Under the pieces are notes generated by a model. It was not told the origin of the DNA, made no database searches, and saw only the letters and a program-made list of their open reading frames with translations. From positions 3,347 to 67,346 of the forward strand of contig JAQGDQ010001054.1 of assembly GCA_030141605.1 (NCBI GenBank): a stretch of DNA of 64,000 nt, read 5' to 3'. This DNA is from Tubiluchus corallicola (lineage: Eukaryota > Animalia > Priapulida). Below, piece after piece: positions 1 through 13,989 of this stretch. Numbering within the stretch: the stretch's first letter is position 1; each line of letters opens with the position of its first letter. The position numbers were made by a program, and so were the translations under genes.

Positions 1-179
1 AGGTTACATTATGAATAATAATAATAGTTATACTCTATGCATAAATTCATGGTAAAATGAGTAAAGGAATGTAAGATGTTATACAAAAAAAATCAATAAA
101 TATATCTCATATCAAATGAAAGCAAAAAACAAACAAAATTCTTCAAGGTAGCAAAACTTATCAAATAATTAAAGTATTA

Positions 180-492
180 TATCGAACGTTCGAATCGAGT
201 TTTGTTAGCTCGAATACGGCTCGAACGTAAAGTCATAAATTGGGATAATTCAGCACTCCAAACTACGTCGTTCTTTTTCAGTAAAATTTTTGAAACATCA
301 AGCAATTAGCACAGTTTAGCTGAGATTTGTCAGAGCGCGATCTTAGTGATTAGAAAATTCGTTCGAAAATCGTTAAAACTGAACTGGAATTTGATTCGGA
401 TTCCTAAAATGTTGAAATTCGACGTGATTCGAGTTCGAAAGTTGCAAATTCGATTCGATTCGAATTCGTTTTTTGGTAGAAAATGTTCACCA
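180..492 (-). mobile_element. Truncated copy of the TTCGAA-rich hAT-like MITE (same family as 12862-13263)
   Basis: The reverse complement of about 460-491 (ggtgaacattttctaccaaaaaacgaattcgaa) matches the left end of the element at 12866 (ggtgagcattctctaccagaaagcgaattcgaa). Dense TTCGAA palindromes. Confidence 0.6.
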
Positions 493-754
493 TGCTCTAA
501 TTAAGAACGCGATACTTCTAATTTGCAAGAAAGTCGTGCGCTAATTAAGAACACGAAATTTTATGATGAGAAATTAAAAAAATTGCTACGGTTAAAGTAA
601 TTTGTAATGTGTCAACGACAAGTTATTTTGGGATATAGAATAATAAAAGTGTTTCGTGGAGTTTTAAACTGGTTTTACTTGTGCTCAAATTTCCCACTAA
701 CGGGCTCGTGTTTCTCGAAACTGTTTTGTAGAACAATTGGCCCCACTGCTTTAA

Positions 755-939
755 CCTTTTCAGTCCCAAATTATTTTTTTAATAAGAAAAATTTTTTGGC
801 TTGGTACTTTTGTTCAGTATGTCCATCTTGTTTTCACATAATAATTAACAGACCAAATAACTGTCAGTTTTAAAATTTTAATAATTTTAAAGGCAAAAAA
901 TATTCTCGTATCCCACGGGATACAATGGATCTGAAAGGG
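755..939. mobile_element. piggyBac-like MITE
   Basis: TTAA (751-754), then ccttttcagtcc ... ggatctgaaaggg, then TTAA (940-943). Imperfect CC(C/T)TTTCAG terminal inverted repeats. Confidence 0.7.
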
Positions 940-1258
940 TTAAATTGTTCAAACATTGTTCTACACTACAGTATCACAGTTATTAACACGGTTAGGGAAA
1001 AAGTTTTTGCACAAATAAAAGCAGTTTTAAGATTTCAAACAACATTAACAGAAAATGCTTCTATTCTTATAGCATAGTTAAGCGAAATTCAAAGAACAGT
1101 GTTCCCTGAATTCACATTTCGTATCATTACTAATCTAATCCGATTTACTGTACCCTGTAATACTTCATTAGTACATAATCAGACAATTCATGTGATCCTA
1201 ATAATGTTTGTAAGCTTTGCTGCTGATCAGATGTCTAAAATTAAACTAAAGTTCTTCA

Positions 1259-1879
1259 AGCAAAGCCGGACCCAATCTTAAACTGTTTGTCAAAACAATC
1301 TATTCTCTAAAATATTGAAAGGAACCATGCTATTTTTTTCAAAAAAATGACTTACGTGAAAGAATTATTACCACAAAAACACATTTTCACGTTCGCGCCA
1401 CTAGTTCTTCACCGTTACATGCATTTCCCCATTCGCTGGTTAAACAAGCACTAGCGTCTGCAATTCAGAAACGCATTGGTCAAAAAGAGGTCCTGTACCT
1501 CTCAGATGTGTTAGTTTGTGAAGAACTACACACGTTCGACAGCTCCTGCGTGAGCACAGCGGTAAATTTGAAATTTCATTTTAAAACTTGCCTAGTTTTA
1601 GTACAACACGCTGTATATCTTACAGTAGCACTACAATTCAATTTTTGCTTTCGCAAACACAATCGTGGAATATTTTTGATGCTGAAAATTATGTTAGTTT
1701 GTGAAGTCATCACAAACTATGTTAGTTTTTGATGTTAGTTGGGTTCGCTTGCCATTAATTAAGTTTTTAATCTACTATTTAATTATCAGAAAAGCTTTTC
1801 AGCATTAACTGTGTTAAAATGTTTACTTTTTACTGGATTTGAGAATGGGCTAATATATGAAAAATCATCCTGTTTTCCT
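1259..1879 (+). mobile_element. Kolobok-like MITE, family C
   Basis: Begins agcaaagccggac and ends atcctgttttcct+TTAA. The body is shared with 5371-5940 (-), 22280-22545, 54660-55262 and 61768-62282. Confidence 0.7.
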
Positions 1880-1991
1880 TTAATTGTTATTCTACAGTTT
1901 GGTTCCACAGTTACTGAGTCGGCTATTGAAAAGGCTCTTGCACAAATAACGCCAAATGTAAGATTTTGAACATCCTTTACAGAAAATTCTT

Positions 1992-2140
1992 AGTACAGTA
2001 CAGTACAGTGCAGTGCAGTGCAGTGCAGTGTGATCATATTCGATGCAAAGAAACATACATGACACGACGTAATGTTTTAGTTTACAATGTGATCATATTC
2101 GATGCAAAGAAACATACCAGACAAGACGTAATGTTTTACT
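1992..2140. repeat. (CAGTR)n pentamer run followed by a two-copy ~57-bp tandem duplication
   Basis: cagta/cagtg run; gtgatcatattcgatgcaaagaaacatac occurs at about 2030 and 2089. Confidence 0.8.
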
Positions 2141-2378
2141 GCAGGACACAAATAATGGTAGTCCTGTGTAATTACAATTAATTCATTCCAGGTTTATGGG
2201 TTTATCGCGTGTATGAAGCTATTCAGCCACTTGACAAAATTAGATCATTAAACTATCGTATTCAGATATTGTGTCGCACGCGGTCCAAGTGACTTTTCAA
2301 ATGTTTTCTTTACAATGCTTCTTGTTCTTGGTACTTTCAAACAATTTTTGCTGACTCTCTCTAATTGCGTAATTTTCA

Positions 2379-2403
2379 GCCCTCCCTCCCTCCCTCCCTC
2401 CCT

Positions 2404-2450
<47 letters not shown>

Positions 2451-2461
2451 CTCTTCCTCTT

Positions 2462-2501
<40 letters not shown>

Positions 2502-2675
2502 CTTTCTCTCTGTCTCTCTCTCTTTCCTTTTTTCTCTCTCTGTCTCTCCCTCTCTCTCTGTGTTTCTTTCTCTCGGTGACTCCCTCTTTCTCTCTGTCTG
2601 TTTGTATGTCTGCCTGTTTCTCTCTCTTTCTTTCTTTCTTTCTCTGAGCCCCCTTTCTCTGTCTCTGTCTGTCTT
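2379..2675. repeat. (CCCT)n/(CT)n microsatellite
   Basis: Directly visible; accounts for the Ser/Leu ORFs 2315-2769. Confidence 0.95.
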
Positions 2676-2799
2676 TAGCCAGCCTTGCTTAGCACATCTG
2701 AGCGAAGTCTACCCAAACCAAGCGAAGCCAAGCCGAGCGAAAACAAAAAAACTAAGTCAACCCAAGTAGCAATGCCTAACCAAGCCAAGCTAAGCGGTG

Positions 2800-3230
2800 C
2801 CTAGCCAAGCCATGTCAACCTAAGTAATGTCTATCCAAGCCATGGCAACCTAAGTAATGTCTATCCACGCCATGTCAACTTCAGTAATGTCTATCCAAGC
2901 CATGTCAACTTAAGTAATGTCTATCCAAGCCATGTCAACCTAAGGAATGTCTATCCAAGCCATGTTAACCAATCAATGTGTATCCGAGCCATGTCAACCA
3001 ATCAATGTGTATCCAAGCCATGTCAACTTAAGTAATGTCTATCCAAGCCATGTCAACTTAAGTAATGTCTATCCAAGCCATGTCAACTTAAGTAATGTCT
3101 ATCCAAGCCATGTCAACTTAAGTAATGTCTATCCAAGCCATGTCAACTTAAGATATGTCTATATAAGCCATGTCAACTTAAGTAATGTCTATCCAAGACA
3201 TGTCAACCTAAGTAATGTGTACTCAAGTCA
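2800..3230. repeat. 30-bp minisatellite (~14 units)
   Basis: Unit aagtaatgtctatccaagccatgtcaactt. Confidence 0.95.
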
Positions 3231-4451
3231 AGTTAATTAATTTTTTATGCAGCTCAGCACTGTCCACAACTTCATTCCAATACTCAACGACCACTCATTG
3301 TCGGAAGCTTGGCAAGACCAGAAGCTGAAGCTAGCCTGAAAAAATACTTTATGATGAGAACCTGAAGAACGTTATCTACCCTCCCTTACTGAAATAACTA
3401 ACCATAACAATGCAGATGAAATTGCAATCACCCATCCATATGTGACCAGGCTCAATGTTGCTAAACTTGCGTAATTACGCACAGTGGCACCGTGACCGCT
3501 CAGCGTTTATCCACGTTATGAAAACCCCGTCGACGAATTTCCCTGGAAGAAGGGCGCATCGCTGTATTGCCATATGTCTTCGCCTATAATCAAACATGTT
3601 CAATTGTTGATCTTGTAATGACAATGTTTATACCTGCAATTTGTTCAGTACCTTACTGAGTGTTATACCGTTTCTACAGACGAAACGTGGCATTAGATAC
3701 GCCTCAAGCCTCATTGCCTAACCAGCAAGCAACATACATGCGAGTGCGTCTAGTCTACCCCTATCCAATAAGCAACGCATCCAAGCGCACGCAACTATTG
3801 AAACCTTACTTTTATAAACGTTTTTTATTAGCTCATTAGCGCGCTGAACGTGCTTGATTAGTCGTCAAATTTGTACCGAGAAATTTGACTAGGGTGGCAT
3901 TTTAGTGTACTCCCGTTTTTAGCGACGCCCCCCTCGGAGGTGTTGAAATGTAGGGCATGAAGTCATGCCATATATAAACGCAAGAGCAACTACATTTTAA
4001 TAATAGGTAACTTTTGTTAGTGCTGTTACAGCAGTGCAATTATACACATGTTTTATGGATAGTTACTTACGATAGTACGTACGTATTGATAGCTATAATT
4101 GATAAATTAATCGATAATTAATTTAGTTTGTTTGTCATTAAATTGTTTAATTAGTTAGCATTTCTAGTTATACTATATATCTAATTAAAGCTGGCAGTAA
4201 AATAATTTAATTTACTAGTTTAACAATAAACATTTTTAACTAACTCCAGGGTTAAGAATTGAAACGTTGCATTTCTTAATACTGAAAAATCTAAATTAAG
4301 ATTTGCAATGATTATAAGGCGCGTTAGTTAAACCGTTTCCGAATTAAATCATTTTTTGTTTCCTATTTTTAGCGTTCGTTGAATTTGCGCAAGCGCACAT
4401 TACGCAACTTTGTCTTTTTTGTGTGACATTTAGTGTAAAATTTTCCCTTAA

Positions 4452-5162
4452 AAGGGAAGAAAACGGGATTTTAAACCATACCACAACAATCTTTCCACAC
4501 AATGTTATGTTATCTAGCATGGCGCTTAAGTATTTGAAAGACTTGCGAAGTTGGAAAGCAAAATTCATAATTTACAATGTTCGTGGTTAGTTCGTGACAT
4601 AAGCAAAAGCTGTGTTCGGTTGAAGTTTATTAACTTTCTAAGCTAATTATTCAAATGTAAGGAACTATTTTAACTTTTATAGGCAAGAAAATGTATATTT
4701 TGGACAGTGAATTAAAATGAGATTGAGTTTAAACAATCGTCCGGTCTTCCTTTTAGTTTAGCAGCTAGAAAGACTTACGTAATTAGAAAAGAAAATTTAT
4801 AGAAATTTAAAATATTTGTGTTAACTGGTAAGATGTCACTGACTCACCTTCCCAGTGTGCCCCGCTGGCTCACCAAAAACAATTCATTCTTTTTATTTCC
4901 AGTATGGAATAACTTAAACTTTTGCTTGCTTAGCTAAGGGTGTGTTCTCTGAGAAATTTTTCGTTTTTACGCTAAACTTGTTTCAAACGACTTACTATTA
5001 AAATCGCTGCGCCTAACGGTCATCGGGGGAGTTTAAATTTACCAAATTTATACGGCGTCACTTCTAATACAAGCTTTGCACGCAATAAGATAACATGGTA
5101 CAAAAGGACCATTTCAGGACGATTTTTTCAAGCTTTGCTCATGAATAGTGTTATCTTGTCCT
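4452..5162 (-). mobile_element. Kolobok-like MITE, family B, containing a fragment of family A (about 4625-4752)
   Basis: Ends ttatcttgtcct+TTAA. Body is inverted relative to 15545-16251 and 26900-27556. The internal segment aaacaatcgtccggtcttcct is the family A end. Confidence 0.55.
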
Positions 5163-5370
5163 TTAAATTTTTTGAAATTCGTTGATCAATGCTCAATCCT
5201 AGCTTAACTGATTAGTATTTGCAGTTGCTTAAAGAAAGAAGGCTAACTTAAAATCAGATATTTCAGAACTGATGTAATTCAGACGTTTCAATACTGATAA
5301 TAGGCCTGCCCGATACCGACCTACGAAATTATTCAACATTGGAACTCATTACTAACCTCTTGCGTAAAAG

Positions 5371-5940
5371 AAGGCAGGATGATTTTTCATATACTACTCC
5401 ATTTTCCAGTACGATGAAAAGTATACATTTTAACACAGTTAATACTGCAAAAGCGTTTCTGATAATTAGATAATAGATAAAAAACTTAATTAACGTCACG
5501 AGCTAACATAATTTTCAACATCAGAAATATTTCACGAGCGTGTTGCTCGTGTTTGTGAAAGAGAAAATTGAAGTACAGTGCTACTGTAAGATATTCAGGG
5601 TGTTAAAGATAAAAATTCAAATTTTAAATTTACAGCTGTGCTCATGCATGAGCTATCGAATCTGTGTAGTACGTCACAAACCAACACATCTGAACTGAGA
5701 GTTACAACACTTGTTTTTTATGCAGTACTTTTCCGAAATGCTGGCGCTAGTGTCCGTCTAACTTGCGAATGGTGAAACGCGAGTAACAATGAAGAACTAG
5801 TGGCGCGAACGTGAAATTGTGCTTGTGTTTTAATAGTTCTTTCACGTAAGTCATTTTTGAAAAAGATAGTACGTCTCCTTGCAATTTTATAAAGAGTAGA
5901 TTGTTTCTACCTGCAGTTTAAGATTAGGTCCGGGTTTGCT
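5371..5940 (-). mobile_element. Kolobok-like MITE, family C (inverted copy)
   Basis: Reverse complement of 1259-1879; ends gtccgggtttgct+TTAA (5941-5944). Confidence 0.7.
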
Positions 5941-6146
5941 TTAAATAATTTTAAAAAATCTGTGCTATTTTTTGTGTTGTTTTATTTTTTCCCGTAATTC
6001 AGTATAGTCTCATTTTCTTGTATTCATTTCTGTTTTTACATAATAGGGAAAAAACTACATTTAAAATAAATGTTAATTAAAAACAAAAATTTGATACTGA
6101 ACAGAGACAGTTACAGTTCTTACTTAAGTAATAGGTCAACTCTTGC

Positions 6147-6810
<664 letters not shown>

Positions 6811-7590
6811 ATTTATTATTATTTCTGCCTTTCATATTTTTCAATTTGAGCCCTAATTAATTGACATAATTAATCAACTTTTGATTGTAACACATTCAGC
6901 AAATTAACATAAAGCTTATTCAGTTTATTAATCGGTAGATTTTCACTAAGCTATGTCCATTCTGTATTTGATTTGATCTGCATATATTAATAACCCTTGA
7001 CAAAGTGTAACTACGGTTGCTCAAAAGGCGTAGAATTTCCATCAAAGTGTCCTAATTTGTCAAAACGACAGCATTGAAATCGTTACTCGGTTATGTTATG
7101 GTTTTGCTACGACACGTGATATGTGAACGGAATTGAATTAATCTTTGCCTTTCGGCAGAAACGTATTCATCGTCACAGCGTAACAAGATTTTGCGGTTCT
7201 GCGGAAATCACGTGGTTAGACCAGCGAAATCTTAAAAAAACGCAAAGAAAATTAATTCGATAAATGATGAAGGTTCCCTTCTTTAGATACCTGGAACAGG
7301 AACTATTTCATTGTATCAAACGTACATCTTATTGAAAAATTGTCTAATTTATATTAGTACAGTGCTTTTTAAAAAAAAATACCACACTAGGGGGAAAGTT
7401 TAATGAACTACGCATGCGCGCACATCTTTCACGATGTCTGATTCTTTAATCTGAATTTTATGTTTATTCATGGATTAATTAATCAAATGTGAAGGTAATG
7501 AAGGATGCAAAAACTTGGTACATCACCGCTTCCGCCAAGGTCCTTTCATAATTTTCTAACAGTGGCGTAATTAACAGAATTTTAATCAAA

Positions 7591-8131
7591 CAGTGGCGGC
7601 TCGTGTAGGGGTGCTGTGGAACTGCAGCACCCCTATTTTCATTCAATATTATCGATAATATTCAATATAATAAGTATTTTTTCTTTAGTTCTTTCTTTAT
7701 ACTTGTACGGAATCAGTGCACGTGAGGGTAGTACTGTTTGCTTCACAGCCCAGCACAGTGGTGTGTTTGGCTGTTGTGCGCATGCGGAGCACATGTCTGA
7801 GATAACACACTGTACGCTAGCATCTGCTGCTAGGTAGAGAAAGTACTGTCGCTCACACAGTTTATTGTTAGTTGTCACGTGCTTGCCGTGAATGGATTCA
7901 ACTCAAACTGCGACAATTTAGACTATTAGTAAGCAAAAATATTTTTTATTTTGGATATTATCAAGTTTACGTATAAATTTTCACGTGTTTGTTTGTTAAA
8001 AATTACAATTACAAATTACAACATTAAAATAACATACGTTTGTTTCGTTTTACACAGTATTAAACCAATGGTTAAAAAATTTTTAAACCAGCACCCCCCC
8101 CCCCCCCAACTTTTCCTACGAGCCGCCATTG
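7591..8131 (+). mobile_element. hAT-superfamily MITE (CAGTGGCGG-type ends), complete
   Basis: TIRs cagtggcggctcgt / acgagccgccattg; perfect 8-bp TSD taatcaaa (7583-7590 and 8132-8139). Other copies at 49455-49750 and 62728-63510. Confidence 0.9.
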
Positions 8132-8756
8132 TAATCAAATTTAATAAACGCCTAGTTTTAATATTCACATAATTTCCACTAGAGACGGCGGGTCCGTGGA
8201 TAATTACAGGGCAAAAATAAGTGATAAAATTGACGAATTTATGGACGAAGTCCTTGAAAAAAGCTGTGAACTTGGACACAAGTTGGGAACTCGCGCGCCA
8301 CAAGTGTTCAAGTTTGAAACAATAGGTGGCATTGTGAGGCACCTTGATGAGGATATATAGGTTTTACATGTCAAATGCAGACCAGCGTTAACTCAAATGT
8401 AGATTTAGGTAGTTCAAATGTGTCTTGGTAACTCAAATGCAGACTTGGGTAGTTCAGCTCGATCGCTTAATAAGTATGATCATAACTTTCCTTTTGTATA
8501 AAGGTGCAAAGTTGTAATGATTTCCGTTTTATCCTGGAATCCGATTGTGAACGAAGGACCTTATTAAAGGCCAAATACAGCGTGCTTCGTGGAGTTTCAG
8601 TTTCAAACAAAAACAGAAAAAAAGCTTTAACTAAGATTTTCTGATACTTTTAACTTTTTCTTGGTGGTTTGTATCTGGTGTGAACGTGTCATTCTTTCAG
8701 AAGAAAGTTTGGAATTCTGCTCGTTAGATGACGTCAACAAAAGTCAGTCCTTAGTG

Positions 8757-9335
8757 CTTCTTCTTCTTCTTCTTCTTCTTTTGTTGCTCCAAACGTCTAT
8801 TGTAGACATGGAGCCTCTATTCTTCATTAGAGCACCCCACTATTCCTGACTCCAGTTTCTGTGATGCTATTATTGATCTCAGCCATTGTAAATCCTTATA
8901 AATTCTTGATATCCAAGTTGTTTTTGGTTTTGCCTGGAGCTCGTTTAGTAAATTACAGTGCCTCGTTTAATGCTAATCTGGCTGGTGTTGTTTCTCGTAA
9001 TCTCGTTAAATGCCCTGCCCATCTTAGTCTTCTGACTCTGATTTTAGTGCTCCGTTGTTTAATGCTAATCTTGCTGGTGTTGTTTCTGGTAATTTCATTA
9101 AATGTCCTACGCATCTTAGTCTTCTGATTCTGATTTTAGTGCTCCAATGTTTAATGCTAATCTTACTGGTGTTGTTTCTAGCAATCTTATTAAATGTCCT
9201 ACCCATCTTACTCTTCTGATTCTGATTTTAGTGCTCCATTGTTTAATGCTAATCTTACTTGTGTTGTTTCTGGCAATCTCATTAAATGTCCTACCCATCT
9301 TACTCTTCTGATTCTGATTTTAGTGCTCCAATGTT
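8757..9335 (-). mobile_element. RTE-clade LINE 3' remnant with internal 92-bp tandem amplification and (GAA)n tail
   Basis: Minus strand reads KIRVRRLRWAGHLTRLRETTPARLALNEAL*FTKRAPGK/PKTTWISRIYKDL, resembling the RTE post-RT region. gtttaatgctaatc recurs at 8965, 9057, 9149 and 9241. (CTT)n at 8758-8780. Confidence 0.8.
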
Positions 9336-9420
9336 CTTCTTTGGTTCTGTTATTCAGTCGTTAGTGTTTACGTTTGGTTATCAAGTATCACAGTGTAGCA
9401 TTGCTTACAAATTCCCTGTC

Positions 9421-9528
9421 ACAGAAACAACGCGGTATCCAAGGAAGCCGTTGCTAACAGAAACAACGCTGTATCCAAGGAAGCCGTTGCTAACAGAAGA
9501 AACGCGGTATCCAAGGAAGCCGTTGCTA
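9421..9528. repeat. 36-bp tandem repeat x3
   Basis: Unit acagaaacaacgcggtatccaaggaagccgttgcta. Confidence 0.9.
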
Positions 9529-11659
9529 GCACGGTTGTTTAGCCTGAAATTTTCCGAGGTTTCACGAGCAAAACCGACCAAAATGTTTTGAGGAAAATGC
9601 AACTGATTTCAATATGAAGGAAGAAATGATATTTAATAAAATTAACGTCAAACTTTAAATTACGATTAACTATTTTAATTAAAGAAAAGTTGTTTTTCTG
9701 ATTAATTTGACCTTTTCTTATTTTTTCACTTGTTGTACAATTAACCGTGGTACTAATTAGTACCAAGCACTCATGGAACGAAGTCATCTAAAAGTGTGTT
9801 TTTAAACAGGATTTAACCTTGTTGCCTCATGTTAGATACCGTTTCTCAAAATTTCTTGGAATTATACTAAAAAAGGAACCCCTAAGTTTGTCTGGCTCGT
9901 TGTTTCTGTCACATTTATAGGACACAATTTGAAAGCAGTCATATTGCAAAGTATCTCACTCACCTAGTGAACGTTTTGTCGTGTTTCACAAAAGGTTTAT
10001 GCATTCATTCCAAACCGATCAAACGGAGCAGGTATTGCACTCTTATTTTCAAGATTATTGACAAAACTAGGTGACCATTAAACTATTTAAATTGTTGAAG
10101 ATAAGTCACGGATTTAAAGATGTTTAACCATAGCTGCTATGGACTTCACGTATATCGTGGTGGAGGTTTAATTCCACTCCAGGATGGTTGTGGAGAACAG
10201 TTGAGCAGAAACGCATTGACAAGTGGATTGTTACTGGATTCGATGAGAACAACTGTTTTTCTGTTAATTCTGCCTTTAATAATAACTGGTTTCTTGACTG
10301 CGTTGAGCATTTGTTAACAGACTAAAAGATGTCGAAACAGATGATCGTGTTCACCAGTGTCGGTAATAGTTGTTGATGTCTCAATGCTTGATACAAGATT
10401 GTTCTTCGGGTTCGGTGATTGGGTCAGTATGGCTGATCAAAGGTCATACCTATCTGACCAGTGCCAAGTTCTGTACATTCAGAAGTGCGCTTGTTTAGCC
10501 CCAGGTTCTGAACACGACTTTGCATTTAACAGAGTTGAAAACATGCTAAAGTCTCTAGACATTTTTGAAATTGCAGACCTGTTGAGAGAACACTGAACAA
10601 TAACAAGAGTTTTTACACCTCAGGAGTAAAATGTCACCTGTCAATGAGGTTACCTGATAATTTACATGTTGTATGCGTTCTCCATTCTGAATCTGGCGTA
10701 ATTACTCGATAACCTGAGCGTGAAATTCGAACACATTTGCATGAGAAAAGTTGAAACACCGCAGCTCGATTGAGGATGCGGCGTAATAGAAAATGCCAAC
10801 CTGTCAGGCACAATTTGTCTCTCTGTCCCGGTCCATTTAGCACTCAGCAAACCATTTCATTAGGACAGAATTAAGTAATTATTTATTTGGCGGATTGGAA
10901 ACTTCCAGAAAGTTTGTTTGGAGCAACGTATTATTGCAAAAGACTCAGAATCGACGTTACATTTGTCAGACATTGACAAAAGCAATACCGGCAATCTTCA
11001 CTTTCTTTACAAGGTGTCGTAAGGTGACATTAAACGAGGCAAATGACAAAATCTTTTCTATGTATAAAGCTCTTTGTTGTCATTGTTATACATACACAAG
11101 TATCACGTATGTAAGTAAAATAATTATGTATAACCAGTTGTAAATAACCGACGTTTGCAATAGTGTTAAAAACAAATACAAATAAAACGATATCAAACAC
11201 AAACATTTCAATATAAAACAAATACACCTATCACAAATGATATGAAACATTAAACGAATAATACACACAATTAAGTAATAGAAATTAAAATGCTATAATC
11301 ACATTTGAAACACGAATGCGGGTTGGTTTTTTTCTACTAAGCTTTGACCTGAGTCAGAGAGGATGCAAAAACCATGATGGAACCCCTGTTTTACCTACTT
11401 GAAATGAGATGTCCCTTTTAAAACCATTAATCATTTGCTACCTGTGATATCACCAGGCTGGAGATAGATTAGTAAGCAAACTCTGTACTTTGTTAATTCC
11501 TCGTAATATTGGAATTTAAGATCTGTCAACAAATGAACTCGTTTATCTGCTTCTTCATGGTAATCAACATCTACATTATACATGTTAATATTCAAGTATT
11601 TAAGCTCGCACAGAAATGTATATTTCCTCCTAAGCACTTATAACCTTTGTACTAACCTT

Positions 11660-12062
11660 GGCTGTGGGTGGTGCGGTCAGCTGGGTGTTGGGTTAATCTG
11701 GTGGCTGCGTTGTACTGGATGTGGAGTGATGCGGATGTTGAGCTGCGGGTGGCGTGGTGTTGTGTTGTTGGTGTGATGAGGTTTGGGTGGTGTGGCAAGG
11801 TGTGGTGGGTGTGACAAGATGTGGGTGGCATAGTGTAGTTGCCACGGTGTGGAATGTGTTGCTTTGGCATGGTGTTGTGGGTGTGGTGAGGTGTGGGTGG
11901 TGTGGCATTGTGTTGTTGGTGTAATGAGGTTTGGGTGGTGTAGCAAGGTGTGGTGGGTGTGGCAAGATGTGGGTGGCATGGTGTTGTTGGCACGGTGTGG
12001 AAGGTGTTGCTTTGGCATGGTGTTGTGGGTGTGGTGATATGTGGGTGGTGTGATATGGGTGA
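11660..12062. repeat. GT-rich degenerate minisatellite
   Basis: Recurring ggtgtggtgggtgtggcaagatgtgggtggcat; accounts for the His/Pro/Thr ORFs. Confidence 0.85.
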
Positions 12063-12861
12063 TGTACTGAAGTGTGGACTGTCGTTATGTGTTTATGTTG
12101 AAGTTTTTTGCAGGGTTTGGCTAGCGGCAATATTAATGTCATCATCAACATTATGCTATGTATGTGTCTATGCGACAGTAGTCGTACTGTAATGCTTCTA
12201 CAGTTCGTTTATTGTCTGCACTCTATTATGTATTATTGGCAAGAATGTTTATCAGTTATACAACAGTCTTGTTCTAGCCATGCTGTAATCTTTGTTATTG
12301 CAATAAAAAGCACGTTTAAAGTAAAGGCAAAACTGCTCAAAATGACTGTGCCTGCACCAAATCTAACTCAGTTAGTCGTGCAAATATTTCAGTTGGTCTA
12401 AACGAGCCACAAACTTTCATGACAGTTTTATTCGACAAGAGAGCAGGACTCCATCACTTTGCAACAACATTTTTGCAACATTTCTGCAACATTTATCGCT
12501 AAAAACTTGCATGAATTTCACGGTGTCGTTGTCACTGTCAAATTTTTAACATTTTTCTCACCGATCAACTGCTGCGCAATTGCGCATTTGTCTAATTTTG
12601 ACAGTTTTATAAGAAATTACAGAAATGTCCTCGCATTTCTGCGACACATCGTTCGTACTTAATGAATCAGTAGGGATGAGTTATATTTCTTACTGCGCAA
12701 CACTGTTTCGTGCCCCGGTGCTTAAGCTGTTAAGTTTACCGGTATTTTGGAGGCTTAGGAATTTTGGCCAGAGGCGCTAGCTTAATTTAGAACGTCGTAC
12801 GTAGTGTGGAAGTACTGAAGGTAGTCTGCATTTTTACTTCAAGGGCACGTTCCCTGGTAGT

Positions 12862-13263
12862 TAGGGGTGAGCATTCTCTACCAGAAAGCGAATTCGAATC
12901 GACTTTGTGACTTTCGAATTCGAATCGAACCGAATTTCAGTATTTCGAATCCGTATCGAATTCGAATTGAGTTTGAAAGATTTTCGAACAAGTCTAAGAA
13001 CCACTAGTGAAAAGTGGTCTTACAAAGATCATGCATATTACTCGATTTCGTTCTGCAATAAAATCACTGTTAGTTTGTTAAATTTTTTGCACTGAAGTCA
13101 CAGCTAAATTGTGCTAATTGCATGCCGTTTCAAACATGTTAATGACGAAAAACGTGCGTAGCTGAAGTGTTGAATTATTCGAGTCTGTAATTTCAGGTTC
13201 GTATCGAATTCGAACTTAAAAAACTCGTTCGAATCGAATTCGAACTTTCGGCACTCACCCCTA
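12862..13263 (+). mobile_element. hAT-superfamily MITE (TAGGG-type ends), complete, TTCGAA-rich
   Basis: TIRs taggggtgag / ctcaccccta; perfect 8-bp TSD ctggtagt (12854-12861 and 13264-13271). Confidence 0.9.
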
Positions 13264-13464
13264 CTGGTAGTGGTTAGTTCCCAGTCACTTGGTTTGAGGC
13301 GCTTCGTAAACATTTCCCATTCAATGTTCTTATGATAAACTAATAAGTTTTTCTTTGCTTGAGCAACGTGAGAAGAAAACAGAAAGCTGAACAAGACTGT
13401 TTACAAGGATACTAACAAGGATTCTTTATTAAATATTTCCAATCCCCAGGATTGGAAGTGACCA

Positions 13465-13905
13465 GTCGAACGAGTTTTTAAGATTGTATTCGATTCGAAC
13501 CTAAAATTATAGATTCGAATAATTCAGCATTTCGACTTCAAACGTGCAATTAACACAATTTAGCTGCAGTTTCTTTGCAAAATTTTTAGCAGTATAACGC
13601 TCGGATCGAAATCGATCATTCTAATTCGAGTCGAATGAATTTTTAAGGTCGAATTCGATTCGAACCTAAAATTATGGACTAGAATAATTCAGCATTTCGA
13701 CTTCAAACGTGCAAATAGCACAATTTAGCTGCAGTTTCTTTGCAAAAATTTTTAACAAAACTAATAATGGTTTTACTGCAGAACAAAATCTAGTAATATG
13801 CACAATCTTTGTAAGACCACTTTTTACTAGTGGTTCTAAGACTTGTTCGAAAATCTTTCAAACTTAATTTGAATTCGATTCAGATTCGAAATACTGAAAT
13901 TCGAA
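13465..13905 (-). mobile_element. Inverted, partly duplicated internal copy of the 12862-13263 MITE
   Basis: 13640-13905 is the reverse complement of about 12930-13220; 13465-13590 repeats 13640-13760. Confidence 0.8.
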
Positions 13906-13989
13906 TTTATTATTTTAATGGTTAATTGATCATATTCATAAAGAAGACAAACTGCCCTTTAAACTTAAAAAACTTTTACTTTTCCAGGA

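Noticed and set aside
3250-3720. Coding exon in a GC-richer unique stretch
   Set aside because: The frames I read are interrupted by stops and show no recognisable motif.
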